Virus record (IMG/VR): IMGVR_UViG_3300034073_002480
Location: 64,001-128,000 of that record
DNA from: a virus
DNA: 64,000 nt
Strand: one strand, 5' to 3'
In this document: positions 10,255 to 21,659 of the stretch, in pieces
Numbering within the stretch: position 1 is the stretch's first letter
Layout: every line of letters starts with the position of its first letter
Notes under the pieces: generated by a model
Told to the model about the DNA's origin: nothing
The model's input: only the letters and a program-made list of their open reading frames with translations
The model's database searches: none
Position numbers and translations under genes: made by a program

Positions 10255-11354
10255 AAAGAAAAGTCTCCAAGCTCTACAGTTTTAGTTTTATCGATACCAC
10301 CACCAGTAAGATAGGAAGTTAGCTCCGTTTCTTGTGGTGCTGGTTGACTATCACCAGAATTTAACCATTTAGAAATCCAAGGTATAGGATTGTTTGTAGG
10401 TACATCATATAAAGACTCCAAACCAATAGCTCGTAACCTGTGATTACACAACCACTTAATATATAAGGTAAGAATCTCAGGATTAATACCCAACATATTA
10501 CCTTTCACAAACAAATATCTAGCCCACTCAACTTCTTGGTTTACAGCTTCCTGAAACATAGAAATAACTGTAGGTTGCTGCTCTTGAATAACTTCTTGGA
10601 ACAAACCGTCTTCTTGTTTTAACGAGTTTAGTAAATACTGGCTTACTTGTAAATGGCAGTTCTCATCCTGTGCGATCTTAGATAGGATTTTAGCACTTCC
10701 TAACATCTTGCCAAGTTCACCAAATGCAAATGAACAAGCAAAGGATACGTAAAAGCGTAGTCCTTCCAAAATATTTGTTGAAACTAAGGTCAAATATAAA
10801 GAGGTATAAAGAGCCTTTTTTTCTATGGTATCTGAGATATTTATAAGTTTGTTATATTGTTCACAAACAGTTAATGATCTTGCAAGAATTTCTTTTGTTG
10901 TCAAAATATCATCAAAAACAAGACTGGGGTTGGTATACACATTTTTTATTATGTATGTGTAACTACGACTATGGATGTTCTCAAAAAACTGCCAGATATT
11001 TAAGCAAGATTCAAGTTCAGGTAAAGAGGCATATTGTCCTAATGATTGTAATATAGCTCGTCCTTGCACACTATCCAACAAAATCTGATACTGTAGATTA
11101 GACGTGAAGATATGACGTTCACCTTCAGAAAAATCTGCAAAATCTGATACATCTTTAGTAAGATCAAACTCTTCGGGAATCCAGAAATAACTTAACTGTC
11201 TCTTAGACAACACCTCTAACTTAGGATGTTTTTGAACATCATAACGTTGTAAACCTAGATCAGCCCCGAAAAATAGAGGCTGATTTAGATAATCGTTAGT
11301 GTTCTTGTAATTAATAACACTACGCATATTAGATTGCACAAGCTCCTGAATCAC
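10251..11354 (-). CDS. nrdB: Ribonucleotide reductase class Ia beta subunit
   Basis: FWIPEE, QILLDSVQGR, FENIHSRSY (radical Tyr), LEGLRFYVSF, DENCH, APQETE. Confidence 0.97.
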   Translation of the reverse strand: MIQELVQSNMRSVINYKNTNDYLNQPLFFGADLGLQRYDVQKHPKLEVLSKRQLSYFWIPEEFDLTKDVSDFADFSEGERHIFTSNLQYQILLDSVQGRAILQSLGQYASLPELESCLNIWQFFENIHSRSYTYIIKNVYTNPSLVFDDILTTKEILARSLTVCEQYNKLINISDTIEKKALYTSLYLTLVSTNILEGLRFYVSFACSFAFGELGKMLGSAKILSKIAQDENCHLQVSQYLLNSLKQEDGLFQEVIQEQQPTVISMFQEAVNQEVEWARYLFVKGNMLGINPEILTLYIKWLCNHRLRAIGLESLYDVPTNNPIPWISKWLNSGDSQPAPQETELTSYLTGGGIDKTKTVELGDFSL

Positions 11355-13557
11355 ATCCTGATTCTGTTTGGTCTGAGTTCATGTCATAAGTATTGTGATA
11401 ATACAAAGTTTTGATACCCCACTTGTAAGCATTGAGAATGTCACGCAATACAATTTCCAACGGAATTTGTTGGTTATCATAGAAAAGAGGGTTATAATTA
11501 AGATTAGTAGAAATCGCTTGGTCAAAGAATTTCTGCATAATAGCTACAACTTTAAGATAACCTTCATTATTAGGGATAGACCACAAATACTGATACTCTA
11601 ACGTATTATATTCAGGTGTCAAGATTTTAATAACAGAAGATTTGGAACCTTTGTTCGTAAGAGCCTGTCTTGGTGGTTCAATACCATTAGTAGCATTAGC
11701 GCAAATTGCAGAACTTTCACTGGGCATAATTGCTGTGAGCGTTGAATTACGCAAACCATCCACAGCAATTCTGTGCCTAAGTTCCTCCCAATCATGTTGC
11801 AAATCAAAAGAAGCAAAAGAGTCTACATCTTTTTTGTAAGTATCTATTGGTAGCAATCCATGTGCGTACTTGGTTTCAGCAAATAAATCACAAGCACCTC
11901 TCTCTCTAGCAAGATTATTAGATGCTATTAACAACCAATACTGAGTAGATTCCGCAATTTGATGTACTTTTTCTCTGGTATGATTAGAGTCCCATTTTAA
12001 TCCATTTTTAGCTAACCAGTAAGCAAAATTGATGTACCCAACACCAATATTGCGCCGTAGAAGAGAAGATTTAGCTGCCATTGTAAATGGATACTCTTGG
12101 AGATCCACAATAGAATCAAGAGAACGCACAATAAGATCAGCAAGCTCTGGCATCTCTTTTTCTATGTTTGGATAACCAAGATTAAAAGCTGATAAAATAC
12201 AAGTTGCAATTTCACCGTTTGGATCATCTAGTGATTGGAAAGTCTCTGTTGGTAGCGTAATTTCGAGGCAGAGGTTGGATTGCCAAATCTTTCTAATAAA
12301 AGAACTGTGATAATTAGCATGATCAATGTTGAAAATATACAACCGACCTGTCTCTGATCTCTCCGTTACAATTTGCAGTAACAAGTCATAAGCATTTATA
12401 GTTGTGCGTGGTACAGAGGACTGCTCGTACTTCAAATATAAATCCTCAAATTCTGGCAAACCGAAAGCAGCTAATAAATCCTGTACATCATTAGGGTTAA
12501 ACAGACTTATATCTTGTTTTTTCAACGCACGGTCATAAAACAATCGTGATAATGCAATACCGTAGTCTAATTTCCTAGCACGATTCTCATCATTACCTTT
12601 ATTATTTTTGAGTACAAGGTATTGATCTACATCTGAATGCCAGAAAGGGTAGAAGAGAGTCGCTGACCCTTTTCTTAAACCACCTTGTGAGCATGAACCA
12701 ATAGTTGATTCAAACATCTTTACAAAACCAACAGCACCAGTATGTTTTACTTCACCATTACGAACAGTGGAACCTAAAGCTCTGATAGCACTGAAGTCCA
12801 AACCAATGCCAGCACGTTGAGCTACATATTTACCAAGCACAGTATTTGATGCAAAAATAGAATCTAAAGAATCATCTACACGAATCAACACACAACTTGA
12901 ATACTGCTTTGTTGGTGTTCGTACACCAGCAAGAATAGGAGTTGCAAGACTGATTTTGTGTAGTGAAATAGCGTCATAGTAGCGCCTTACATAGTCCAAT
13001 CTTGTCTCTTTTGGGTACTGTGAAAACAAGACAGCAGCAATCAAAATGTAAGCTACTTGTGGTGTTTCATGATAAGTTTGGTGTACACGATGACGAACCA
13101 AATATTTGTCGTAAACTTGCTTCAAACCAGCGTAGGTAAAATTGAAATCTCGTGTGTGGTCAATAAATGATTCAATTTCCAACCACTCGTCCATAGAATA
13201 AAGGGTTAGTAAGTCATCCTGATATAATTTCTCTTCTACGTTCTTGGTGATTAAACCCACCAAAGATGTTGGTTCAAATTGTTTATAGACTTTCTTACGA
13301 ATAGAGGTTAACAACAACCGTGCTGCTGCCCATTGATAATCAGGAGTACGCGGAGTTATAAGATCAACTGCTGATCTAATTAATAGATCTTGTATGGCAT
13401 CTGTTGTAATACCATCTGTAAACTGTAGACGTGCATTCATTTCGATCTGTGAAATTGATACGTTTTCCACACCAGCACAACATACGGAAAGCATTGAATG
13501 TATCTTTTCTACGTTGAGGTTTTCTGTAGTACCGTCTCGCTTCGTTACAGTTAGCAT
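11329..13557 (-). CDS. nrdA: Ribonucleotide reductase class Ia alpha subunit with ATP cone
   Basis: VTKRDG ATP cone, SSCVLI, SNLCLEI, MPSESS, KTLYY, C-terminal CDSGAC. Confidence 0.97.
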   Translation of the reverse strand: MLTVTKRDGTTENLNVEKIHSMLSVCCAGVENVSISQIEMNARLQFTDGITTDAIQDLLIRSAVDLITPRTPDYQWAAARLLLTSIRKKVYKQFEPTSLVGLITKNVEEKLYQDDLLTLYSMDEWLEIESFIDHTRDFNFTYAGLKQVYDKYLVRHRVHQTYHETPQVAYILIAAVLFSQYPKETRLDYVRRYYDAISLHKISLATPILAGVRTPTKQYSSCVLIRVDDSLDSIFASNTVLGKYVAQRAGIGLDFSAIRALGSTVRNGEVKHTGAVGFVKMFESTIGSCSQGGLRKGSATLFYPFWHSDVDQYLVLKNNKGNDENRARKLDYGIALSRLFYDRALKKQDISLFNPNDVQDLLAAFGLPEFEDLYLKYEQSSVPRTTINAYDLLLQIVTERSETGRLYIFNIDHANYHSSFIRKIWQSNLCLEITLPTETFQSLDDPNGEIATCILSAFNLGYPNIEKEMPELADLIVRSLDSIVDLQEYPFTMAAKSSLLRRNIGVGYINFAYWLAKNGLKWDSNHTREKVHQIAESTQYWLLIASNNLARERGACDLFAETKYAHGLLPIDTYKKDVDSFASFDLQHDWEELRHRIAVDGLRNSTLTAIMPSESSAICANATNGIEPPRQALTNKGSKSSVIKILTPEYNTLEYQYLWSIPNNEGYLKVVAIMQKFFDQAISTNLNYNPLFYDNQQIPLEIVLRDILNAYKWGIKTLYYHNTYDMNSDQTESGCDSGACAI

Positions 13558-14721
13558 TTATACCTCTTGTTCTAGTGTAAGTTCTTGTGGGATATCGGAG
13601 TCAGGTGTAAGTAGCAAAACACGACCACCTTGTGCCAGTACTTGTTTGATTTGAATAGCAATATCAAACTCTTCTCGTGAAAAAGGTAGATTATAGTACA
13701 GAGTTTTATCTGGTGTATAGTCTAAAACCTGATCCAAATTACCTTCTGTGATTAAACGTAAATATTCAAGTTCATCGCCAGTAGGTTGTAATGTAATAGT
13801 TAGATAATCATGTATCATATTTGTTGATTCTTGAGATTAGTTGTTCGATGATAGGCACATACATACAGCCAGCTTTGTAATAACCATCAACATACGCTTT
13901 GGCAAACGCAAGATCTGGTGACGCACGAAAAATAGTTGCATAGTGCTGCAACTGTTCGTGTGATGGGCTTATACCTTTTATTCTGTTATTGAACTCTATC
14001 TCTGGCAACATACTTAGCGGTTGGATATAGTTTCTTTATTATACCATCTATTTTGGTAATATCAACTGTGCTAGGTAGTTTGTCAGTAAGGACTTCAATG
14101 TAGTTATTAGGTATAAACCGTAACCACAAAAACGGTGACTCTTTTCGGGACTCTTGGTGTTTATAGAATCTAGACATGAGAAAAGTATATCACACAAACA
14201 TACACTCTTCAATATACAGAGAATCAAAAGTGTCAAGATAGTCAATCTTAAGCTCTTCTAACCTAACTCGGTCAAAAGAAGTTAATATTGATTGCAATGG
14301 CTGGTCACTACCTATCCTTCTACCAACAAGAATATATAACCGTTCAGTAGATTCAAGCTGAGTCCGAAGTTTATCAAAATATGTAATTTTAAGATTATTT
14401 ATAATGCGAAAAACAGCTTCAGGAGATTGGTAATTGTTAATACTCCTTGCTAATGCCTCATCGTACTCTTTAAATATTTTCATTGCTCTCTACCATTTGT
14501 TATAACATAGGTTCTAACCATTCAACTTTTAGTCTTAGATCATCAAAGTGAGTATATTTTGCAGACTCTAAAGATTTTATAATCAAAAGACCTGTTTGTT
14601 CAGAGAACTCGTCTTCGAGGTCAAACCATTCATACCCATCATCAGAAAACTGAATAACGTAAGCTTCCTGTGTATGTTTACTACCTTTAAAGGGCTGATA
14701 ATCTAGACGGTATTGTATCAT
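13558..14721 (-). other. Run of five small hypothetical CDS (13558..13818, 13808..14011, 13986..14177, 14190..14483, 14500..14721)
   Basis: Tightly packed minus-strand ORFs. Confidence 0.6.
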
Positions 14722-14873
14722 TATTATCCTACCATGTGTTTATCTAGTTTCCACTCAGTGTTCAGCACAACAACCAGATTCTCCAATGTATCTGCAAAGT
14801 ACATATAACCTTCACAGATACAACAGTAGACTGGTTCATCAAAGCTTGTAGAGTCATAAAAGATGTTCATATG

Positions 14874-15692
14874 TCAACTCATTACAAATTTAGTAAAAGA
14901 TACAGTAAGAATAGGAAAATCCTTCTTACTATAGACAGCAACCTTAGCTTGATTACCATTGACAATACGGTAGTCTTTCATAATAGGTTCTTGAGTCATA
15001 GCTTTGTAGGTTTCAGCGACTACTCTACCAAAGCCTTTCATCTTGTTGGAGTCAAGTTTAACACCTTTGAACTCAGCAAGCCACTCAGTTAGCGACCATG
15101 TTTGGATATCTGCTGGTGCAAGAATGTACTCTTCTTCAAGACGATCAGCTTCAGATTTTTCGATCTCTTTAATCAACAAAGTCACACCGTTCATAGATTC
15201 ATCAGCAACACGTTTTACTGTGCGCCACGACTTAACCTCTTGCGTCAAACTATCAACACTGTTAATCAAGGAATTGACTGTAGTTGTGAGAGATCGGATG
15301 TCACTGTCTTCAGCAAAACCAGTAACTTGCTTGATCCAATTGTGTAGACCTATACTTGCAAACTGTCTTGCTGTAAATTTAGCGGTGTCATTAGCAGCAG
15401 ATGACTCGAATGCATAGTAGAAAATGATGTGTGATGCAGCCTCCGTTGTAACAATTCTAGCTTGTTGCTCCGAGGTTAGCCCCAAGTGGAAAAGCTCACC
15501 CTCAAACGTTTTCAGGATTTTTGAGGCTTGTTTTGCCCTATCGCCCGTCAGCATTTTTCTCACAGTGCTTACATCAACACCACACAATCTTGCCAACCCA
15601 GAGATAGATACACCCGTTTGTGCGCCATCTTTTGACACATAAAACTCAATACCATTCTCATCAACTACAGGCTTTACGATTTCAGTTTGCAT
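14874..15692 (-). CDS. Putative DNA-binding, antirepressor-like protein
   Basis: N-terminal HTH-like VSISGLARLCGVDVSTV, central coiled coil. Confidence 0.6.
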   Translation of the reverse strand: MQTEIVKPVVDENGIEFYVSKDGAQTGVSISGLARLCGVDVSTVRKMLTGDRAKQASKILKTFEGELFHLGLTSEQQARIVTTEAASHIIFYYAFESSAANDTAKFTARQFASIGLHNWIKQVTGFAEDSDIRSLTTTVNSLINSVDSLTQEVKSWRTVKRVADESMNGVTLLIKEIEKSEADRLEEEYILAPADIQTWSLTEWLAEFKGVKLDSNKMKGFGRVVAETYKAMTQEPIMKDYRIVNGNQAKVAVYSKKDFPILTVSFTKFVMS

Positions 15693-15722
15693 AATTTTTT
15701 GTCGTTTTTAATTTACTTCTTT

Positions 15723-15731
15723 AGTATAACA
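15723..15731 (-). promoter_or_regulatory. Extended -10 promoter (TGTTATACT) upstream of 14874..15692
   Basis: Plus strand reads agtataaca at 15723-15731, in the intergenic gap. Confidence 0.5.
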
Positions 15732-15758
15732 CACTTTTTGAAGTTAAGTGCATTAAGT

Positions 15759-18491
15759 TTAGTGAACATCTGCCCAAGTCTTGCCAATCATATATTCCGC
15801 AGTTAAAGGTACGTTAAGTTTATAATACTGACCAGCTTTTTCAACAGCTTGAAGTGCTAAATCTCCTGCTATAGAATAATAAATCTCATAACCGTCTTGA
15901 ATCTGATGTGTAGCTGACCAGTTAGGGTTATCAACACGAAACTCACGAATTTCTTGCAAAACCGTAGAAGAGAAAGGTTTACCTTTTTTATTATATTCCC
16001 ATTCAGTTACAGGAAAAAACTTGTGCGTGACTAAATCAACCGTTAGTTCATGCTCGGCTTCATCATGCATAGAGATGGTTTGCTGTGCATAGGATTTGTT
16101 TCTGTAATCTTCACTCCAAAAATCACAAATCAAACCTACTGTTCTCAGCATACGATCATGTATAACCATTGCACGTTTAGCACAGATAACACCTGCTGAT
16201 TGAAACAAAGCATTGATCAGTGAAGATTTAGAACGTGTTGGGATTTTACGACCATCAAGACCTAAAATAAACTTTTGCTGACCAATCTTTTGCCAATATT
16301 CTTCAAGCTTAGTTTTAAGTAAAGCTAAAGGTTTGGCGGATTCCCAGTAGGTTTCATGCACAAGTTTACCTGTATCTACATCTACACCAATAGTCTGCGC
16401 TACTTTTTTAGGACTACCTCCATATGCACAACAGTAGGCAACGGATTTTGCAGGATCTCTTTTAAACTCATAACCAATAACCTCTGATATTTTTCTAGCT
16501 GTAATAGTATGACAATCTTGCCCTAAATCTTTATCACCTAGTAACGAATTGCAGTAAGGTTGTCCCTCAGTGTCATATCTAAATACATAGTGAGCTTGGA
16601 TTCTAGACTCAAGCGCTCCGAAGTCGTATCCCTGTAAATAACAGTTATCCTCTACACCAAATAAAGATCTCATGTTCTCACCATACAAAGATGAAACTCT
16701 TGGGATATTGCATATCACACGATGCTTCATGCGAGAAGTATTACAACCGTTAGAGTCTGCTGGCGAGGGAATCCTACCATCCTCATAGATACGAGAACTA
16801 GCTAGAAAACCTGCATCTGGTTCATCATCATCATTAAAATCATCATCAGGATCATAGGTATCAAACACAAAACCATTAGATGCAATACTGTTTCTTCTAT
16901 GATTGTAGGTCAGATATTCTGACACTTGTTTTGCATACGGAAACTTATCTGCAATCGCAGAAATAGCAGGATCAATTTCTTTTGACATACCAACCGTTAA
17001 AGAAGGGTTAGTATATACTTTCAAAGGTCGGTCTAACCTATGATTGAGTACCTTATTAATAAACTGTGTATTACTACGAACATCCAATTTCTCGAATCTA
17101 AACTTCTTGAATGGTGACACCAATGTCTGATCAATATATCGTTGAGCAGTTTCTTGATATTTTTCAGGTGTTAATTTCTTCTTTTTGGTATCAACTGTAA
17201 GGTCTTTTTCTTTCCACTGTGTAGGTATCCAGCCCATACTACATAACCAACCTTTAAGATGAGTTACGTCTTGGATCGAAGCTGGTTCTTGCTGACGCAA
17301 AGGTTCTGTTGCTATAGGCAAAGCATAATCATTCCCTTCTATGTTGGCGTACCATTGGTCATTATTGTAGTGTAAAAAACCGTTATGCTTTTGTACCCAA
17401 TTCTCAATGTTCACAGATAAAGTTGGTATGCAAGAAAACGGCACTGTATCTTGCTCTAATGGAACCGTAGAAGAAAATGAGTATAATGAGTCATCAATAC
17501 GCAACCACAATACACCACTAGTATCTTCAACAGGTACGTCACTGTAATCCTCTATAATCCCACCAACGGCTTCTGCATACCGCAACATAGCTTGTGATGG
17601 TGAGCCGTCTTTCTTGATTTGTACTTTAGGTACTTGTGGTGCTTTCTCGTAGATTAATTGTCGTGCAGGTGGAGTCCACAGTTTCAGTTTAGCTTGTGTT
17701 AATGGTTTAGCTGGTATTACAGGTTCTACAAGTTCCCTGAGAGTTTGCATTTTACCGTCAAGATCTACAAGAAGTTCCTGCGCTAACTTAATGTCAAACT
17801 TGAAACCTCTATGTGATTGCTTGGTAATAATATCACGTACAGCTTGTTCTAACAACAAAGCAGAGTGCCAATTCCAGCCTTCCATCTCTCTTTCTAAGTG
17901 TAAAAACAATCGTGCAGTAATAGCAACGTCTGTCCTACAATAGACAAGCATCTCAGGATGGTAGACACGGAACTCTGCACCTTTGGGGTCGGACTTTATA
18001 ATCAGCCCTAAGTCTATAGCTTTTTGTCGCCAGTTGATTTTAGGGAAACCAAATTCTTCACCCCAAGATTCCAAACTATGACCACCATATCGTTCAGAGT
18101 TGAGCAGTTTAGACATCACCAATGTGTCACGAAACACAATAGGTTTGCCATTGAACATATCTTGTTCAGATGGATCACCAGCTACAAAATAGTCAATACC
18201 GAAGTAAGCTTTCAAAACTAACCAGTCATAATCTAAACCATTTTGTGCAATAAAAAGTTCAACATCTGCATCTATAAAACAAAGCACATCATATGCAAAG
18301 TCTTCATGTGTTGCATAATCTGTACGAACAAAATTTACTTGCTGACCTGTATCAAGGTCAAGAAAACAGATACAGTGGATAACAAAGTTGTCTTTGATTT
18401 TATAAGGTGATTGTGTATAGTCTACTGATGTGTGATCCAAAAGCCCAGACGCTTCAATATCGAACGCCCATCTACCTTGTGTTTGTATCAT
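15759..18491 (-). CDS. polA: DNA polymerase family A (T7-like) with 3'-5' exonuclease domain
   Basis: ExoI FDIEASGL, ExoII NGLDYD, ExoIII YCRTDV; motif A GYDFGALESR, motif B RDPAKSVAYCCAYG, motif C MHDEAE. Confidence 0.95.
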   Translation of the reverse strand: MIQTQGRWAFDIEASGLLDHTSVDYTQSPYKIKDNFVIHCICFLDLDTGQQVNFVRTDYATHEDFAYDVLCFIDADVELFIAQNGLDYDWLVLKAYFGIDYFVAGDPSEQDMFNGKPIVFRDTLVMSKLLNSERYGGHSLESWGEEFGFPKINWRQKAIDLGLIIKSDPKGAEFRVYHPEMLVYCRTDVAITARLFLHLEREMEGWNWHSALLLEQAVRDIITKQSHRGFKFDIKLAQELLVDLDGKMQTLRELVEPVIPAKPLTQAKLKLWTPPARQLIYEKAPQVPKVQIKKDGSPSQAMLRYAEAVGGIIEDYSDVPVEDTSGVLWLRIDDSLYSFSSTVPLEQDTVPFSCIPTLSVNIENWVQKHNGFLHYNNDQWYANIEGNDYALPIATEPLRQQEPASIQDVTHLKGWLCSMGWIPTQWKEKDLTVDTKKKKLTPEKYQETAQRYIDQTLVSPFKKFRFEKLDVRSNTQFINKVLNHRLDRPLKVYTNPSLTVGMSKEIDPAISAIADKFPYAKQVSEYLTYNHRRNSIASNGFVFDTYDPDDDFNDDDEPDAGFLASSRIYEDGRIPSPADSNGCNTSRMKHRVICNIPRVSSLYGENMRSLFGVEDNCYLQGYDFGALESRIQAHYVFRYDTEGQPYCNSLLGDKDLGQDCHTITARKISEVIGYEFKRDPAKSVAYCCAYGGSPKKVAQTIGVDVDTGKLVHETYWESAKPLALLKTKLEEYWQKIGQQKFILGLDGRKIPTRSKSSLINALFQSAGVICAKRAMVIHDRMLRTVGLICDFWSEDYRNKSYAQQTISMHDEAEHELTVDLVTHKFFPVTEWEYNKKGKPFSSTVLQEIREFRVDNPNWSATHQIQDGYEIYYSIAGDLALQAVEKAGQYYKLNVPLTAEYMIGKTWADVH

Positions 18492-19018
18492 ATTTTTCTC
18501 TTGTACGTGCTAGAAAACATTCAGCATCAAATAGATCAAAATCAAAAAAGATAGCTCTAAAAACTTGACGAACAGATCTACGATCTATAATCTTTTTATC
18601 AGGGTTTTTCTTTTCATGTTCAAAGATTTTAGATTGAAAATACTCACAAACCTCCTCGTAACGATTAACCTTATGCTGCCAAATATCTGCATCTACTTGG
18701 TTGTCAAAGAAACGATCATCTGATGTTTTATAACCAGTAACCACAGATACTTGCTTGTAAACTGGTCTTGCAATGTTACTCATATACTTTTATATCTCTT
18801 TTTCTAGCTTGTTCTGTTCTACTCTTGGTTTTACATACAGGACAGATTTCATTGTCTGAAACTAAACTTGCATCACAAGCATAGCACCAGTATTTTTTAG
18901 AATACCGAGGTTTTTTCTTTTTCTCACGATTTGTGAGTGGTATTTGTAATTCATCATCCATTCTCTTCTTCAGATATAATCTCAAAATCTTCAACATCGT
19001 AGTCATCAATAAAAGCAA
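18472..19018 (-). other. Two small hypothetical CDS (18472..18783; 18776..19018 with a CxxC...CxxC zinc ribbon)
   Basis: CYAC ... CPVC in the second ORF. Confidence 0.6.
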
Positions 19019-19126
19019 CAGAAAAATCAGAAAATATCTGTTTCTTTAAATCTTTTTGGTTCTCGGCTTCATACTCTTTAGTAACTACACCAGTAAATAT
19101 GACACGGACTTTGTATGTTTTCATAG

Positions 19127-20776
19127 TTAAAAAGAATCAGGACTTTGTGGATCGATCTCTTTTTCTTCTACGGTCACAGGTGTTTCCACCACAGGAACAT
19201 AGAAAGAAAGGTTGTCTTCTGATACCCATTCATCACCATTGTCAGCTAGTTGAAAATAGAATAGTTTTTCTTTTTCTTCTAACTTAGTGGCAACAACATC
19301 AACAACTAAACCATTATAAACAACAGAGTCACCTACAGCATAAGGACAAGTTGTAGATAGTGCAACAACAAGATTACGTTCATCTTGTGACAACAAACGC
19401 ATCACATTTTGTTTGAGTTGCAAAGACCAATCTTTTGTAAGGATACGAAGATCCTGTCTAGTTTTACACCGCACTAATGCATCTGCAAGTCGTGATTCAT
19501 TGCTTATATGAACTAACAATGATGATTCGTTGTCAAACCATGCACTGTTTTCAGGTATAGAATACACAAACTCTTTGTTTACACGATCAACCTCAATAAT
19601 ACACATTTCTCGTAGCTTGATTAGTGCATCCTCGTATTCAGAGCATTTGTTTATACCTAATTTAGCGCGTAATTCTTTATTAGTATATTTTTGGTGTGGT
19701 CGTGATGTTAATACACGGATGATTTTATTTGACCATCCTTCGATAACAGGGTCAGCATCTTTTTCAGATTCGATCTCCATATGCCATCTACCACCTTCAC
19801 CACGAACCATAGCTAAAACTAAAGTACGTGGTAAACCGTTACGAGGATAAGACTGCATTTCTGTTCTAGTTTGACCTTGTTCATTTTTAATCTTTGCAAA
19901 CTTAAATAAACCATCATTTGCAGATGCAATAGAAGAGTGTCCTGAAGCACCACCAACATCCTTAGCACTCTTATTAGCATGGTGAATACAGATCCCTGTA
20001 CAAAAGCCAGATTTAATAAACACCTGTTGTAGACGATACATTAGTGGCGCTACTTCTGCACTGTTTTCAGATATACCAGTACCTGATAACATCATACGCA
20101 AACTATCAAAAGTTACAAGAGATGGTTTGAAATCATAAATCATCTGCTCTAGCCTTGGAATATCTTCTAGAATATTAAATGACTTCTCAATCCTATATAC
20201 ATCACTGTATTTAAGGAAGGTAGCATTATCATCATCAAAACCCCGTTCAACCATCTTCATTGCAGCTAAAGACGCACCTTCCTCTAAATTAAAATCAAGT
20301 ACTTTACCCTTTCTAACAGGTATACCTAAAAAACTACCAGAGACAAGAATTGAATACTTTAAGTCTAGAATGTATGTTGACTTGCCACTTTTGCCAGATC
20401 CGAAGAAAAGATAAAAAGCAGCAGGTTGAAAAAATGATGGAACTAACCACTCACCTGCTTCACGACCTGCTTCAAGTATTTCACGAAAACTATAGGAACT
20501 TTTAAAGTTAGCGTCTAAAGTTGACTCTTCAAAGTCTAAATGCTCTTTGATCTGTTTTTCTTTGAATCCAAATTTTTCTACCCAACGCTCATATAATTGC
20601 ACAATAATCTGGTCAGTAACAATCTTACGTTGCAAACCTTTATATTGAGCAATAGTGGCTCTCGCCTTTGCTAAATCCGCAGTATAAGCATCTAGAAAAC
20701 TATGTGTTGGCACAGTCTGTATAATAGGTTCTTCTTCATAAACTTGTTCAGAATAATCAATAAATTCTTCATCCAC
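19127..20776 (-). CDS. RecA-fold AAA_25/RepA-like replicative helicase
   Basis: Walker A GSGKSGKS, LEE, Walker B VTFDSL, IHHANKS, GASGHSSI; adjacent to primase. Confidence 0.85.
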   Translation of the reverse strand: MDEEFIDYSEQVYEEEPIIQTVPTHSFLDAYTADLAKARATIAQYKGLQRKIVTDQIIVQLYERWVEKFGFKEKQIKEHLDFEESTLDANFKSSYSFREILEAGREAGEWLVPSFFQPAAFYLFFGSGKSGKSTYILDLKYSILVSGSFLGIPVRKGKVLDFNLEEGASLAAMKMVERGFDDDNATFLKYSDVYRIEKSFNILEDIPRLEQMIYDFKPSLVTFDSLRMMLSGTGISENSAEVAPLMYRLQQVFIKSGFCTGICIHHANKSAKDVGGASGHSSIASANDGLFKFAKIKNEQGQTRTEMQSYPRNGLPRTLVLAMVRGEGGRWHMEIESEKDADPVIEGWSNKIIRVLTSRPHQKYTNKELRAKLGINKCSEYEDALIKLREMCIIEVDRVNKEFVYSIPENSAWFDNESSLLVHISNESRLADALVRCKTRQDLRILTKDWSLQLKQNVMRLLSQDERNLVVALSTTCPYAVGDSVVYNGLVVDVVATKLEEKEKLFYFQLADNGDEWVSEDNLSFYVPVVETPVTVEEKEIDPQSPDSF

Positions 20777-21659
20777 GATAATCCATCCACAAATACACTA
20801 AATCTTGAATCTCGTACTCACAATCAGCAATATCAAACCCATCATCAGGTGAAGCACCAGACCGTAGAAAAGAAGGATTGATGACTGTACACTCTAGCCC
20901 ATTACGCCAGCAAGCATTAGCAACCATATGTGATTTTTTCCGACCAGCAGTGTCGTTGTCCTCGAAGTATAGCACACCTCGCAAACCGTAGGAAACCAAT
21001 CTCCGAGCTGCATTGTCTAAATACTCTGGTGTAAAACAAAAACCAGCAGGTGTAAGACATTCATATGTCTGGTTGGTTACTGATACACAACATTTTTCAC
21101 CTTCAGCCATCATAATATGGTTGCCTTCTAAGTCAGCTTTAGGCAGTTCACCACTTATTTCTTCGTTGTAGGTAAATAGATGCTGTTCATTAAATAACAA
21201 CCATTGTTGTGAACCCGTACCTGACACATAGTTACTGTTTTTTAGATACTGTGGAGCTACAATCTTCTTACCATCTTTACTGATAAATCTAACTGTCTGG
21301 TGATAAGCAGTATAAACATAGTATTTACGATCAATCTCCTCATCACGCGCACAACGCACGAAATGGCTCTCCAAGGCAAGCAAAACATCACTAGGTATGT
21401 ACAGAGGTTCAGAGTCTAAATAACGTCTAGCGGCGCGTCTAGGTGTACGTAAATTAGTTTTTATATAGGGCGTGTAACGCGCCACAGAATCACGTATCTT
21501 TCTAGTAGAGCAGTCATTAGCGTAGCATTTATAAGCACCTGTAGAAGCATTGATTTTCAGCTTGTGTGTATGACAAACAGGGCAGTCAACCAACAACCAA
21601 CTACCTTTTTCTTCTACGTTCTCTAGTTTTTCTGTGTAGTCAAGGATGTTGAAAGTCAT
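20769..21659 (-). CDS. DNA primase (Zn finger + TOPRIM)
   Basis: CPVC...YKCYANDC zinc site, AEGEKC, FEDNDTAG and DIAD TOPRIM motifs. Confidence 0.85.
   Translation of the reverse strand: MTFNILDYTEKLENVEEKGSWLLVDCPVCHTHKLKINASTGAYKCYANDCSTRKIRDSVARYTPYIKTNLRTPRRAARRYLDSEPLYIPSDVLLALESHFVRCARDEEIDRKYYVYTAYHQTVRFISKDGKKIVAPQYLKNSNYVSGTGSQQWLLFNEQHLFTYNEEISGELPKADLEGNHIMMAEGEKCCVSVTNQTYECLTPAGFCFTPEYLDNAARRLVSYGLRGVLYFEDNDTAGRKKSHMVANACWRNGLECTVINPSFLRSGASPDDGFDIADCEYEIQDLVYLWMDYRG

Noticed and set aside
10251-18491. Introns or inteins in nrdA, nrdB or polA
   Set aside because: The ORFs are continuous; nrdA and nrdB are of normal length, and the polA insertion shows no intein splice motifs.
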